Counted from the stretch's first letter, positions 7,537 through 16,336 are shown. The stretch is 45,082 nt of DNA from a virus (IMGVR_UViG_3300029318_000014:1-45082), one strand, 5' to 3'. The notes: generated from the letters alone by a model not told the origin. Translations and numbers: made by a program.

Positions 7537-10095
7537 ATGGCAAGAGATCCAGCAACATTAAGAAAGGCGTATGAAGTCAAACTTGGTAAGGACAGAGTTG
7601 ATAAACTTACCAACGAACAGATTGGACTGCTTTCTAAACATTATAATTCCTTAAGTGATAAAGAACAAAGTGACATTGATAGCCAAATTCTTAAAGGTTA
7701 TCGAACAGAACTGCATGAGATTGCAGATGCATTTATTGAAGAGAATAAACCATCTAGTGATGCTGTCTCAATATACACGGCAGGTGAGAAGTTTGTAGAT
7801 GATAAGAAAGAATTTGCTAAAGAGCAAGAGGAAAAACTTGAGAAAGCTTTAGAAGAGCAATCTGATAAAATTATGGATGCAATTGATGAATTGATTGCAG
7901 CAGATAGAAAAAAGTTTGAAGATTTTAAAAAGCAACAACAGCAGCAATCAAAGGGTAAGTCCCAATATGAGAAACCAGTTGGTCCTAATCCAATGCAGGG
8001 ACCAAAGGAACCTCCTAAGAAAACTTTTTCTCCTGAAAAAGATGAAGATTGGGAAGGTGAAGTTCCAGATCAACTGGATAGTAAATTAGATGATCTCCTT
8101 GAGCAGGTAAGAAACGAACCACTTCCACAACCTACTAAAACAAAGAGAAGAAAATCAAAAGGTAAAAAAGTACTTCAAAGAAAGAGTGCTAGAGTAGATG
8201 CTAAAGAGTTAGGAGTTGGTGGATCTCTTACTGAAATCATGGCAAACGTCATGGATACAAGAGAGGCATTATTTGATCTTTATAAGGTCACTAAAGCAAG
8301 ATTTGAGTTTAAGAAAAAGATTGACAAGAAACTAACTGGATCTCTTACTGCAAAGTTAAGAGAGAGGCAGATTGAGAAAGGTGATAAATCAGATGATTCA
8401 AAGGGATTGAAAAATGTAGATGGGGATGATAAGAAGAAAAAGAAACCAAACGCATTCCAGAAAAGTTTAATTTCTGGTTTAGTTGGTGGTGCTGTTGCTT
8501 TAACTTTACCTTTAATTATTGAAGGTCTCCGACCCTTTATGGAAAGGGACAGAGAAAATGAAGGTGATAACCAATGGTGGGACTTCTTAGATGTATTCCC
8601 AAATGAGGTTGAAGAAGATCTTGAGGAAGCAACACCAGTAATTGAGGCACCTGGTGTAGAATCACCTACTGTAGAAGAACCAACTGCTGGAACAGAAACT
8701 CCTACTCCTGTTGCTACATCGCCAGGAGTGTCAGCAGGCACTGCTGCACCAGCAGCACCACCACAGGAAACTGCACCAGCAGTAACACCAATGCCAGTAA
8801 GGGATACTAATATCCCTGGTGACTCTGGTTATAGAAGACCTCAACCAATGCCTTTAAGAAAGGCAGCAACTGGTGGTAAATTTACTGAAGGTAAGCATAA
8901 ACCTCTTACACCTATTTCTAGACCACCTGTAAATAACTCAGCAGTCAAGAAATTAACTAGACCTCTTGCTTCCGTAGTATCTTTACCACAGAAAGCAGCA
9001 GCGGCAGGTGTGTTATCATTTGCAAGTAGTTTAATTACTCCATTTGCAGCATTCTTACCAGACGCTGGAAAGAACTTTATTCAAGACATTTATAAAAATG
9101 TTGCTACTAGTTCAGGTCTCTCTGGAATGAAACTTAATTTAAGTTCAGAAGAAAATCTGATTGAGAAACTTAAGAAAAAGATTGGTGATATTTTTAATTC
9201 ATTGCTAGGCATCACACCTGCCAACGCTGGCGGCGGTGGTGGTTACGGCGGCGGTGGTGGCGGTGGTGACCGTCGTGGTAGTGGTACACCTTCTACTGTG
9301 GAGGGTTCAACTGGTGAACAGAATCTTGCTGCATTCTTATCAACTATGGAAGCATCTGGTAATCAAAACCAAGCAGATGCATTCCAAGTAATGCTTAATA
9401 GAGCTGCTAATGCACAAGCAGGTGGTTCTTTCAAAGCATATGGAACTACTTTAGGTGATCAAATTACTGGTAGAGAACAATTCTCACCACTATCATCTGC
9501 AATTTATGGTGTCAGTGCTGATAGTGCTGCAGCAGCAAAGTATGGTCCTATTTCACAATCACTAGGAGCAACTCCAGAAGAAAGAAAAAAAAGATTACTT
9601 GAGATTGCTTCTGAAAAAGATGGATTAAATCAATTACAAAAACTATTTGGTGGCGGTTCTGCATCAGATGCAGCAACAGTATTAGAAGATTTTAAATCTG
9701 GAGGAGATCTATCTAAACAAGCTGCTTCTGATATTGGATCTATGGTGTCATTTAGAGGATATAGATCTGGTGCTGGAGATTTTCATAGAGGACAAGGTGG
9801 TAACTATTTCTTCGGTTCAGGATCCCATACGGGATCGTTGACAGATGTTTCACCAGATCTTGAACCTGTAGTACCAAAATCAAGTCCACATTCAGTCCCA
9901 GAAGGTCACATGGGACCAATAATTGAAAAACCTGGTAGTCCTAAACCAGAACCACCAGATGCATCACCTAGAAGGAGCATGATTCAACAGATGTTACCTT
10001 TTATGTTCCCACAAAAACCAGCAACACCAAAAGTACAACCACCAAAATCATCACAACCAGCAGGAATGAGAGCACCACAGCAACCAGGGAGTTAA
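7537..10095 (+). CDS. tape-measure-like tail protein with a putative SleB/Hydrolase_2-type cell-wall hydrolase domain (852 aa)
   Basis: Coiled-coil N-terminus, a hydrophobic segment, Pro-rich and Gly-rich linkers, then LAAFLSTMEASG...ADAFQVMLNRA....YGTTLGDQITGREQFSP, which matches the SleB-like E...V.LNR...QFS pattern. Confidence 0.65.
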   Translation: MARDPATLRKAYEVKLGKDRVDKLTNEQIGLLSKHYNSLSDKEQSDIDSQILKGYRTELHEIADAFIEENKPSSDAVSIYTAGEKFVDDKKEFAKEQEEKLEKALEEQSDKIMDAIDELIAADRKKFEDFKKQQQQQSKGKSQYEKPVGPNPMQGPKEPPKKTFSPEKDEDWEGEVPDQLDSKLDDLLEQVRNEPLPQPTKTKRRKSKGKKVLQRKSARVDAKELGVGGSLTEIMANVMDTREALFDLYKVTKARFEFKKKIDKKLTGSLTAKLRERQIEKGDKSDDSKGLKNVDGDDKKKKKPNAFQKSLISGLVGGAVALTLPLIIEGLRPFMERDRENEGDNQWWDFLDVFPNEVEEDLEEATPVIEAPGVESPTVEEPTAGTETPTPVATSPGVSAGTAAPAAPPQETAPAVTPMPVRDTNIPGDSGYRRPQPMPLRKAATGGKFTEGKHKPLTPISRPPVNNSAVKKLTRPLASVVSLPQKAAAAGVLSFASSLITPFAAFLPDAGKNFIQDIYKNVATSSGLSGMKLNLSSEENLIEKLKKKIGDIFNSLLGITPANAGGGGGYGGGGGGGDRRGSGTPSTVEGSTGEQNLAAFLSTMEASGNQNQADAFQVMLNRAANAQAGGSFKAYGTTLGDQITGREQFSPLSSAIYGVSADSAAAAKYGPISQSLGATPEERKKRLLEIASEKDGLNQLQKLFGGGSASDAATVLEDFKSGGDLSKQAASDIGSMVSFRGYRSGAGDFHRGQGGNYFFGSGSHTGSLTDVSPDLEPVVPKSSPHSVPEGHMGPIIEKPGSPKPEPPDASPRRSMIQQMLPFMFPQKPATPKVQPPKSSQPAGMRAPQQPGS

Positions 10096-10098
10096 ATT

Positions 10099-11424
10099 AT
10101 GACATTACCATATCAGATTAGAAACTTTAAAATTGATAACATAGCAGTGATGTTCCTGAATGGAGATGCTGTCTCTATTGATAAGGGGCAGATTCTTCAA
10201 TTGGAATATAGGGAGGGATTGTTTGATAAATTCCTAACTGTGACTCTTACATTGATGGACACTACAAGTAGAATTTCTAATGCACTTGTAGGTATGGAGA
10301 TGTTTGAGGTTACTTTTACTGATACTCAAAATGGAGTTAAGTATGAGTTCAATGCAAGTTCAGAAAATGGACCATTGTATGCATATAATATTCACAGTAA
10401 GCAGATTATTGACACTGGTAAATCAGTTACTATTGAATTGTGTAGAAAAGATGCTATTCTTTCAATGCAGAAAAGAGTGTGTAAAAAGTACACAAATACC
10501 ACTGCAATGGAATTATTGCAGGATATTATTGTAACAGAACTCGGTAGTAAGAAACAAATTTATAATCAAGGTGGTGATAGTATAAACAAAATCAATTTTG
10601 TTCCACCGAACTCAAGACCACTCGATGTATTGATCTGGGCAAGGAATAAATTTATTGGTCAGGATCAAAAGACAGTAAAAGGTAATGGTAAGTATACTAG
10701 TGCTGGATATTTGTTCTATGAAACTTATGATCAATACAATTATGTTTCAGTGGATCATATTAGCGGGCAGAAAGGTCATAAGTGTACATTCACCACTGGA
10801 ACTGGTGATGGTAGCACACAAGATGCATTTAGGATAGACAATCCTGAGTTTGTCAATGCCATTGATATGGTTCAAAATTTTGACAAAGGATTTTACTCAG
10901 GTCAGATTGAGTTTTTCGATATTGCTGAATGCACTATGACTACTGAGAAATATACATTGAAGGACTTATATAGAACTTGGAATAAAATTGGCACTAGTGA
11001 ATGGTTACCATCAATGAATAGTCCTGCTATGCAGGATGATCTAGAACCAGTTGAGGCAGAATCACCAGCAGTTCATAGTCCGTTTGCCACTAGAACTATG
11101 CTAGTTTCTTTCAATAAAGAATTGTTTGCTGGATCTTCAGAGGATGCTGACCAAGATGCTGAGATTTTCAGAGAAACTGTGTTGCAATCAGTATCTAGAT
11201 TGGGTATCTTCATGAACCAGGTCTTGACAGTTACGTGTAATGTTGGTAATATGGACCTACATGCAGCGGATCCTGTCTTCATAGAATTCTTTGATTCCGA
11301 AGGAAACATAGACACCCAACACTCAGGACGCTACATTATCGCTGACTTGACTCACCTATATACAAAAGGCGAGGACAAGTTAAAAACCTACCTTACCCTA
11401 ACCCGAGATTCGTTCGGACTGTAA
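10099..11424 (+). CDS. baseplate hub protein, probably gp27-like
   Basis: 441 aa, located between the tape-measure-like genes and gp5. It has GYLFYETYD.YNYVS.D and C-terminal SGRYIIADLTH....KTYLTLTRDSFG, typical of gp27/GpD-type hubs. Confidence 0.6.
   Translation: MTLPYQIRNFKIDNIAVMFLNGDAVSIDKGQILQLEYREGLFDKFLTVTLTLMDTTSRISNALVGMEMFEVTFTDTQNGVKYEFNASSENGPLYAYNIHSKQIIDTGKSVTIELCRKDAILSMQKRVCKKYTNTTAMELLQDIIVTELGSKKQIYNQGGDSINKINFVPPNSRPLDVLIWARNKFIGQDQKTVKGNGKYTSAGYLFYETYDQYNYVSVDHISGQKGHKCTFTTGTGDGSTQDAFRIDNPEFVNAIDMVQNFDKGFYSGQIEFFDIAECTMTTEKYTLKDLYRTWNKIGTSEWLPSMNSPAMQDDLEPVEAESPAVHSPFATRTMLVSFNKELFAGSSEDADQDAEIFRETVLQSVSRLGIFMNQVLTVTCNVGNMDLHAADPVFIEFFDSEGNIDTQHSGRYIIADLTHLYTKGEDKLKTYLTLTRDSFGL
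11224..11252 (+). promoter_or_regulatory. sigma70-like promoter inside the hub gene, upstream of cp12
   Basis: TTGACA (11224-11229), a 17 nt spacer ending in TGG, and TAATAT (11247-11252), about 175 nt before the cp12 ATG. Confidence 0.5.
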
Positions 11425-11426
11425 AA

Positions 11427-11654
11427 ATGGAAAACATCGAAGCACACATTAAAAAAGACAAAGAGATCCTTGATAATCCAATGATCTCACCTAATCAACG
11501 TCGTCACATTGAGGGTGAACTGCATGATTTAGAGGAGTATGTAGAGCATCACAAACAAGAAATTGAGGCAGGAGATCACCATGATCCAACTGCATTGGAA
11601 CTATATTGTGATCAAAATCCAGAAGCGGATGAATGTAGAATTTACGAGGATTGA
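11427..11654 (+). CDS. cp12: CP12 Calvin-cycle inhibitor (phage auxiliary metabolic gene)
   Basis: 75 aa acidic protein ending in DPTALELYCDQNPEADECRIYED, the CP12 C-terminal cysteine-pair motif; the N-terminus matches the picocyanobacterial/cyanophage CP12 type. Confidence 0.93.
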   Translation: MENIEAHIKKDKEILDNPMISPNQRRHIEGELHDLEEYVEHHKQEIEAGDHHDPTALELYCDQNPEADECRIYED

Positions 11655-11660
11655 TAGTAT

Positions 11661-13898
11661 ATGTTAGGGGGAGCACCTACATTAGAATCCAACTATTGGT
11701 TTGGAGCACAAGGTAATCGTCTTTGGGTTGGTCAAGTTGAAGGAGACGGAAATGTCTTCATTGATGGAACCAAGGGAGAAGATCAGGACGGATCCTATCG
11801 TGTTAAAGTTCGTATTATGGGATATCATACCCGTAGTAGGAACAATCTGAAACCTCAGGACCTTCCATGGGCATCTGTGATGATGCCAACGACCGAAACG
11901 ATTACTAGAGACCATGCAGGTGCTACTCATGGTCTTGAGGTTGGCATGTGGGTGCTTGGTACTTTTATGGATGGTGAGAGTGCTCAACAACCAGTGGTCA
12001 TGGGATCATTGGGTATTGTTGATAAAAATCAACCTTATGAAGATAGATTAGAAGATATTGGTGGTACTAACAACTTCCCAGCAGTAGAAAGGGCACTAAA
12101 AACTAGGGACCAGAATAAACCTCCAGAAGGTCATGGTGCCTCAAATCGTGGAACAAAAAGAGGAGATCCTAGTTCTGCTGATGAACGTCAAGCAGAAAAT
12201 GAAAAAGTAGTCATTGCTGTTTCAAACGGAAAATGTGGACCAAGACCTGAAAATGAAATCTCTAGAATTTTAGGGGATCTGTTTAAGTTTTTAAGTAGTC
12301 AGGATAGATTGGATGGTGGTGTACTGGTTGATAAGTTAACTGGTAACATTACTAGATCTGCTGATATTATTTCAGGATACTTTGGGAGATTAGCAAATTC
12401 TGTTAATGGACTTCTTGGTGATATTAAAGCTCTTGTAGTTGCTGAACTTAAGAAATTATTTGAAACTACTTTACTTCCTATTATTACTGGACTTACTGCT
12501 ACACCAACAGGTAGAGGGGTAGCAATCACTGCTGGAATGAAGTTTGCTGATGTTATATTTGAGATTATCAAATGTATTTTCCAAACAGTATTAGAGAAAG
12601 TATACAACCTTATTCTTGATATTCTTACTACTCTTGTAGATGACATTCTCAATACAGCATTTTGCCAAGTTAGCAACATTCTTAAGAGTATTGTTGGAGA
12701 AATTCAAGATGGAATTGGATCTGCCTTAAGTGCTCTTGGTGAAATTACTTCACTTATTGGTGGAATGGGTGGATTTAATGGTGGATTCCTTGCTAACATT
12801 GGTGAACTTATTAATATGTTCTGTGATGGAAAACTTGGTTGTATCTTAGGTATTGGTGACTTTACTACTGGAATTGGTGATAGACCAGACAACGCAGTCG
12901 GTGCGTTCTTTAATAGATTAGAAACATTTGGCGGTCTACCTAATGAACTTAATACTGGTCTTTATGGTTCTGATTCTTTCTTATCTTCAATTGAAGGAAC
13001 AGAGATTAGAGACAGTAGTGGTAACATTGTTAAGGGGTCACTGGATTGTAATAAAGCAACCTCTTTTAACTTCCCCATGATCCCAGACCTGTTTTTTACA
13101 GGACTTCAAAATGAACTTAATCAGTTCAAATTAAAAGGTAGTTTGATTTCTTATGAACCAGGATCTAGATCTGGTGGAGATGACCCATATCCAAAACCAA
13201 ATTATGACGCCAGTAATCCAACTCCATATGCATTACCAGTAGTTAATAGTTTTGGATCAGTTATTGGTGGTGTTGTAACTAATCCTGGATTTGGATTAGA
13301 AAATCCACCAAATGTAACTGTATATCCTGCTCCTGGTTGGGGTAGTGGTGCAGAAATGACAGCAACTTTAGATGATAAAGGTGGTGTCAAAGATCTTATC
13401 GTATTAAATCCTGGTGGTGGATATCCATACTTTGATGGATCTGTATCAAATTCAGAATATGTACCTACAGATGAAAATGGAGATCCAAATTATGATAAGA
13501 TTCCTGGAATTTATCCTGGAAATGAGTATTGGATAGGTATTATCACTGAGAATAATCCACCTGTGGTAACTAAAACTGGTGGTGGTTATGATGAGAGTTG
13601 TGCTCTTATTGTAGAACCAGGAGACAATGAAGTTAATGAGGTAGTTTTACCACAATTAAAACCAATTATTCAAGACGGATTCTTAGTTGGAATAGAAGTT
13701 GTCAGAGAGGGATTTGGATTTACTGATCTACCGAAAATCTACATGTCTTGTGGTAGTGGCGTTGGTTTAGGTTCTCAAAGAAGAGCAGTAATTAGACCTG
13801 TCTTGAAATTTATTCCAAGAAAAGATTCTAAAGATTACCTTAACAATTATGATGAATTTAGAACTATTATTGACTGTGTGGGTCATCCAGGAGATTAA
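11661..13898 (+). CDS. gp5: baseplate hub subunit gp5, N-terminal part (OB-fold), with no recognisable lysozyme domain
   Basis: WVGQVE...RVKVRIMGYHT.....DLPWASVMMP...G.WV.G.FMDGESAQQPV.MG is the gp5 OB-fold signature. A helical region and V..PG.GY-type beta repeats follow. Confidence 0.85.
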   Translation: MLGGAPTLESNYWFGAQGNRLWVGQVEGDGNVFIDGTKGEDQDGSYRVKVRIMGYHTRSRNNLKPQDLPWASVMMPTTETITRDHAGATHGLEVGMWVLGTFMDGESAQQPVVMGSLGIVDKNQPYEDRLEDIGGTNNFPAVERALKTRDQNKPPEGHGASNRGTKRGDPSSADERQAENEKVVIAVSNGKCGPRPENEISRILGDLFKFLSSQDRLDGGVLVDKLTGNITRSADIISGYFGRLANSVNGLLGDIKALVVAELKKLFETTLLPIITGLTATPTGRGVAITAGMKFADVIFEIIKCIFQTVLEKVYNLILDILTTLVDDILNTAFCQVSNILKSIVGEIQDGIGSALSALGEITSLIGGMGGFNGGFLANIGELINMFCDGKLGCILGIGDFTTGIGDRPDNAVGAFFNRLETFGGLPNELNTGLYGSDSFLSSIEGTEIRDSSGNIVKGSLDCNKATSFNFPMIPDLFFTGLQNELNQFKLKGSLISYEPGSRSGGDDPYPKPNYDASNPTPYALPVVNSFGSVIGGVVTNPGFGLENPPNVTVYPAPGWGSGAEMTATLDDKGGVKDLIVLNPGGGYPYFDGSVSNSEYVPTDENGDPNYDKIPGIYPGNEYWIGIITENNPPVVTKTGGGYDESCALIVEPGDNEVNEVVLPQLKPIIQDGFLVGIEVVREGFGFTDLPKIYMSCGSGVGLGSQRRAVIRPVLKFIPRKDSKDYLNNYDEFRTIIDCVGHPGD

Positions 13899-13900
13899 TT

Positions 13901-14776
13901 ATGGCACATGATTTAGACACATCCAAACTGGATCCCAAAACAAAAGAAGCAACTAAAAAGATAAAGGATAATAATACTCAAGGAAAGAGTACCTATCCTC
14001 ATAACAAACAAAAAACTACCACTATTGGTCACAAGTGGGAGATGAACGAAACTGAGGGTAATGAGTATATTAACCTCAGACATGGATTGACTGGAGCATA
14101 CATTAAAATGTTTGCTAATGGTGATGTCCAAGTTCACTCACCAGTACGAGATGTTAATGTCATTGCTGCAAGACATGTTAACGTCAAGGCAGGATCAAAG
14201 GTAGATGCTAAGCAAAAAGATCTTAGTGATCGACTTTGTATCAATGTTGTTGGCAATGCTCACCTTTTAGTAGAGGGTGATATGCATCAGCATGTTAAAG
14301 GTGACAAGTTTGAGACCGTTGATGGGACATATACCCTTAACGTTAAGAACAGATATATTATAAACGCTAACGATCTTGGTGTAAAATGTCTAGGTACATA
14401 CCAAGTAGAAGCAAACAAATGCACAAACAGTGGTCAAAATGTTGAAACTAATGTTATGGGTGGTGCAGTCACCTTTAACTATGCTGGTGGATTTGTCATT
14501 AATACATTGACACCAGGATCTACAATCAGTTTTAATGGTGCAGGTAACTTTGAGGTTAATGTTGCTGCTGACATTATGTTTAATGCTGGTGGTAAAGAAA
14601 TCCACAATATTGCTGGTGTCAGTCCAACGGGTGGCGTCAGTCCTGTAACACCTGCATTTGCCGTCACAACCGCTCTTGGTGGTATTAGTTTGAATGCATT
14701 GGTTGGTGTCGGTAATTTCTTCGCAGGTGGTCCATACCTCGATGTGGACTGCCTCACTGGGGTCTATCTCAACTAG
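13901..14776 (+). CDS. gp5 C-terminal spike (beta-helix needle) encoded as a separate gene
   Basis: YPHN....T..GH.WEMNETEGNE.I..RH..TG matches the post-lysozyme region of T4 gp5; 8-residue V.G repeats follow (VVGNAHLLVEGDMHQHVKGDKFETVDGTYTLNV). Confidence 0.75.
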   Translation: MAHDLDTSKLDPKTKEATKKIKDNNTQGKSTYPHNKQKTTTIGHKWEMNETEGNEYINLRHGLTGAYIKMFANGDVQVHSPVRDVNVIAARHVNVKAGSKVDAKQKDLSDRLCINVVGNAHLLVEGDMHQHVKGDKFETVDGTYTLNVKNRYIINANDLGVKCLGTYQVEANKCTNSGQNVETNVMGGAVTFNYAGGFVINTLTPGSTISFNGAGNFEVNVAADIMFNAGGKEIHNIAGVSPTGGVSPVTPAFAVTTALGGISLNALVGVGNFFAGGPYLDVDCLTGVYLN

Positions 14777-14780
14777 GGGG

Positions 14781-14809
14781 TTGACAAAGACCAACGCCCG
14801 TGGTATACT
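14781..14809 (+). promoter_or_regulatory. strong sigma70-type early promoter
   Basis: TTGACA (14781-14786), a 17 nt spacer with an extended -10 TG, and TATACT (14804-14809), in the intergenic region. Confidence 0.85.
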
Positions 14810-14833
14810 TCATTTGTTCAACACACATACATC

Positions 14834-15013
14834 ATGTTTACTGACGAATACGTCGCTCTTGTGACTGTTAACATTCCTTCTAGGAAGTTCATTCTGACTT
14901 CTGAGAGGGGCAACCAAAAGGTTGTTGCATGTGAAACCCCAGATCAATTCCAAGCAGTTTTGGAAATTGTACGTGCTAATCATGAGCATCTAGAAATCTC
15001 TTATGATTTCTGA
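14834..15013 (+). CDS. small conserved cyanophage hypothetical protein (59 aa)
   Basis: Reads MFTDEYVALVTVNIPSRKFILTSERGNQKVVACETPDQFQAVLEIVRANHEHLEISYDF*, directly after the promoter. It falls below the ORF-track length cutoff. Confidence 0.75.
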   Translation: MFTDEYVALVTVNIPSRKFILTSERGNQKVVACETPDQFQAVLEIVRANHEHLEISYDF

Positions 15014-15028
15014 TTTGGGTTCTTTTTA

Positions 15029-15112
15029 GGGAGCGTGACGGAATCGGTAGACGTATCGGACTTAAAATCCGCTGATGGCAACATCGTGGGGGTTCAAGTC
15101 CCCCCGCTCCTA
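15029..15112 (+). tRNA. trnL: tRNA-Leu(UAA)
   Basis: Acceptor stem GGGAGCG/CGCTCCT plus discriminator A, D-loop with GG, anticodon loop CTTAAAA (TAA at 15063-15065), long variable arm, T-arm GGGGG-TTCAAGT-CCCCC. No CCA is encoded. Confidence 0.95.
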
Positions 15113-15124
15113 CTTAAAAAGGCA

Positions 15125-15388
15125 ATGTTTAAAGTTAGATGCGATTATCGGTACATTAATTACATAGGAATTGTTCTTGTTTATTTTCTGAATGGAATGC
15201 CCTTCGTTTATGATGACATTACAGAAGCAGAGAAAGAAGATCCCTATGTAAAGGCAATCGCGGAGCATGAGTATTCTCTCGATGTCGAACAGTTGACAAA
15301 AAACAGTGAATACCTTATGATGGAAGAACTTCATCCAATGTTATTTCCTGTCGAATTAGACGAAGTTTCTGTTTTACCACCTGTATGA
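15125..15388 (+). CDS. conserved cyanophage hypothetical protein (87 aa, MFKVRCDYRYIN...)
   Basis: ATG 15125 follows the tRNA; the track start at 15035 lies inside tRNA-Leu. Motifs YFLNGMPF.YD and S.YL..EE.HP.LF. Confidence 0.75.
   Translation: MFKVRCDYRYINYIGIVLVYFLNGMPFVYDDITEAEKEDPYVKAIAEHEYSLDVEQLTKNSEYLMMEELHPMLFPVELDEVSVLPPV
15293..15321 (+). promoter_or_regulatory. sigma70-like promoter inside a CDS, upstream of the 2OG-Fe(II) oxygenase gene
   Basis: TTGACA (15293-15298), 17 nt spacer, TATGAT (15316-15321). Confidence 0.55.
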
Positions 15389-16068
15389 TAACAAACGTTT
15401 TTTCACCATTTTTCTTCACTACACAGTTAAAGGGACATTCAGAATATAAAAAAGATATTATTCCTATTATTTTTGAAAAGTATTTTGAAAAGAATGGAAC
15501 TAATACTGAGGGTGAGTGGGGATGTGATTGCTTTACCACGTTTTTTGATAGGGACTTTGCTGTTCATGAACCACTTAAGAATGAACTTCAATTAGTGGTT
15601 CGTAAGATGTTTGAAGAACTTGATATGAAACCTTATGCATATACCGTTGAACAAATGTGGTTTAATGCATATGGTGCAAAGCAATCTCAAGAAGTTCACT
15701 GTCATACTGGACCTTCATTTTCTGGAATTTATTATTTGTTATATGAGGAAGGAGTTCATAAACCAACTACGTTTATGAATCCTATTAGGTGGGGAGAATC
15801 AAAACGACATAATCGATTTTGGACTCCAGAACTTTGGAATAGTCAAAGTTTGTACCATCATTATCATGAACCAGAGGTTAAAGAAGGTGATGTGATTATG
15901 TTCCCCTCAGAAATGGATCATTATGTTCAACCTTTCTTCAATTCAAACACATTAAGAATGACATGTTCATTCAATGTGTTTACATATAGTGAGGCAGAAG
16001 TTAAAATGCTTGCTGGACATACTGCAAGTGTTCCAGATGTAAAACCAGCATCTAAAGGATTTGCATGA
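15385..16068 (+). CDS. 2OG-Fe(II) oxygenase superfamily protein (TIGR02466-like)
   Basis: WFNAY....SQEVHCH...FSGIYY and EGDVIMFPSEMDHYV......RMTCSFN give the HxH...H iron ligands and the R-x-x-x-S-F-N 2-oxoglutarate motif. Confidence 0.85.
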   Translation: MITNVFSPFFFTTQLKGHSEYKKDIIPIIFEKYFEKNGTNTEGEWGCDCFTTFFDRDFAVHEPLKNELQLVVRKMFEELDMKPYAYTVEQMWFNAYGAKQSQEVHCHTGPSFSGIYYLLYEEGVHKPTTFMNPIRWGESKRHNRFWTPELWNSQSLYHHYHEPEVKEGDVIMFPSEMDHYVQPFFNSNTLRMTCSFNVFTYSEAEVKMLAGHTASVPDVKPASKGFA

Positions 16069-16283
16069 GACCCTTATCTGAATATGAATTTGGTGGGAGA
16101 CCTGTAACAGGCATACATCTTCTTCTACTCATAAGTGAGATGGAAGGTACTTACCAACATCTCAAATACATGGGGTTTGAAGAAGATATGAATGTGCTTG
16201 ACAAAATGAAAAAAAGGTACTATAGTATGTACTTCAAAGTTTCTAAAGAAGAAAAGAACCGCCAAACTAGCTCAGATGGATAG
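16065..16283 (+). CDS. small conserved cyanophage hypothetical protein (72 aa)
   Basis: ATGA overlap with the oxygenase stop; motif LLLLISEMEGTYQHLKYMGFEEDM. Its 3' end runs into tRNA-Thr. Confidence 0.7.
   Translation: MRPLSEYEFGGRPVTGIHLLLLISEMEGTYQHLKYMGFEEDMNVLDKMKKRYYSMYFKVSKEEKNRQTSSDG
16198..16226 (+). promoter_or_regulatory. sigma70-like promoter for the tRNA-Thr / ncRNA / tRNA-Asn transcript, inside a CDS
   Basis: TTGACA (16198-16203), 17 nt spacer, TATAGT (16221-16226), about 35 nt before tRNA-Thr. Confidence 0.7.
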
Positions 16284-16334
16284 AGCAGGTCTTTTGTAAA
16301 GATCAGGTCGCAGGTTCAAGTCCTGTGTTTGGCT
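16261..16334 (+). tRNA. trnT: tRNA-Thr(UGU)
   Basis: Acceptor stem GCCAAAC/GTTTGGC, D-arm GCTC/GAGC, anticodon stem GGTCT/AGATC with loop TTTGTAA, T-loop TTCAAGT. Confidence 0.95.
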
Positions 16335-16336
16335 TA

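Noticed and set aside
9229-9270. GC-rich GGC/GGT run as a DNA repeat or contingency locus
   Set aside because: It is an in-frame poly-Gly linker with mixed codons, not a perfect microsatellite.
15029-15112. Group I intron in tRNA-Leu(UAA), as found in many cyanobacteria
   Set aside because: The anticodon loop is intact and the cloverleaf is contiguous.
15035-15124. N-terminal extension of ORF 15035..15388
   Set aside because: It is a translation of tRNA-Leu; the real start is probably 15125.
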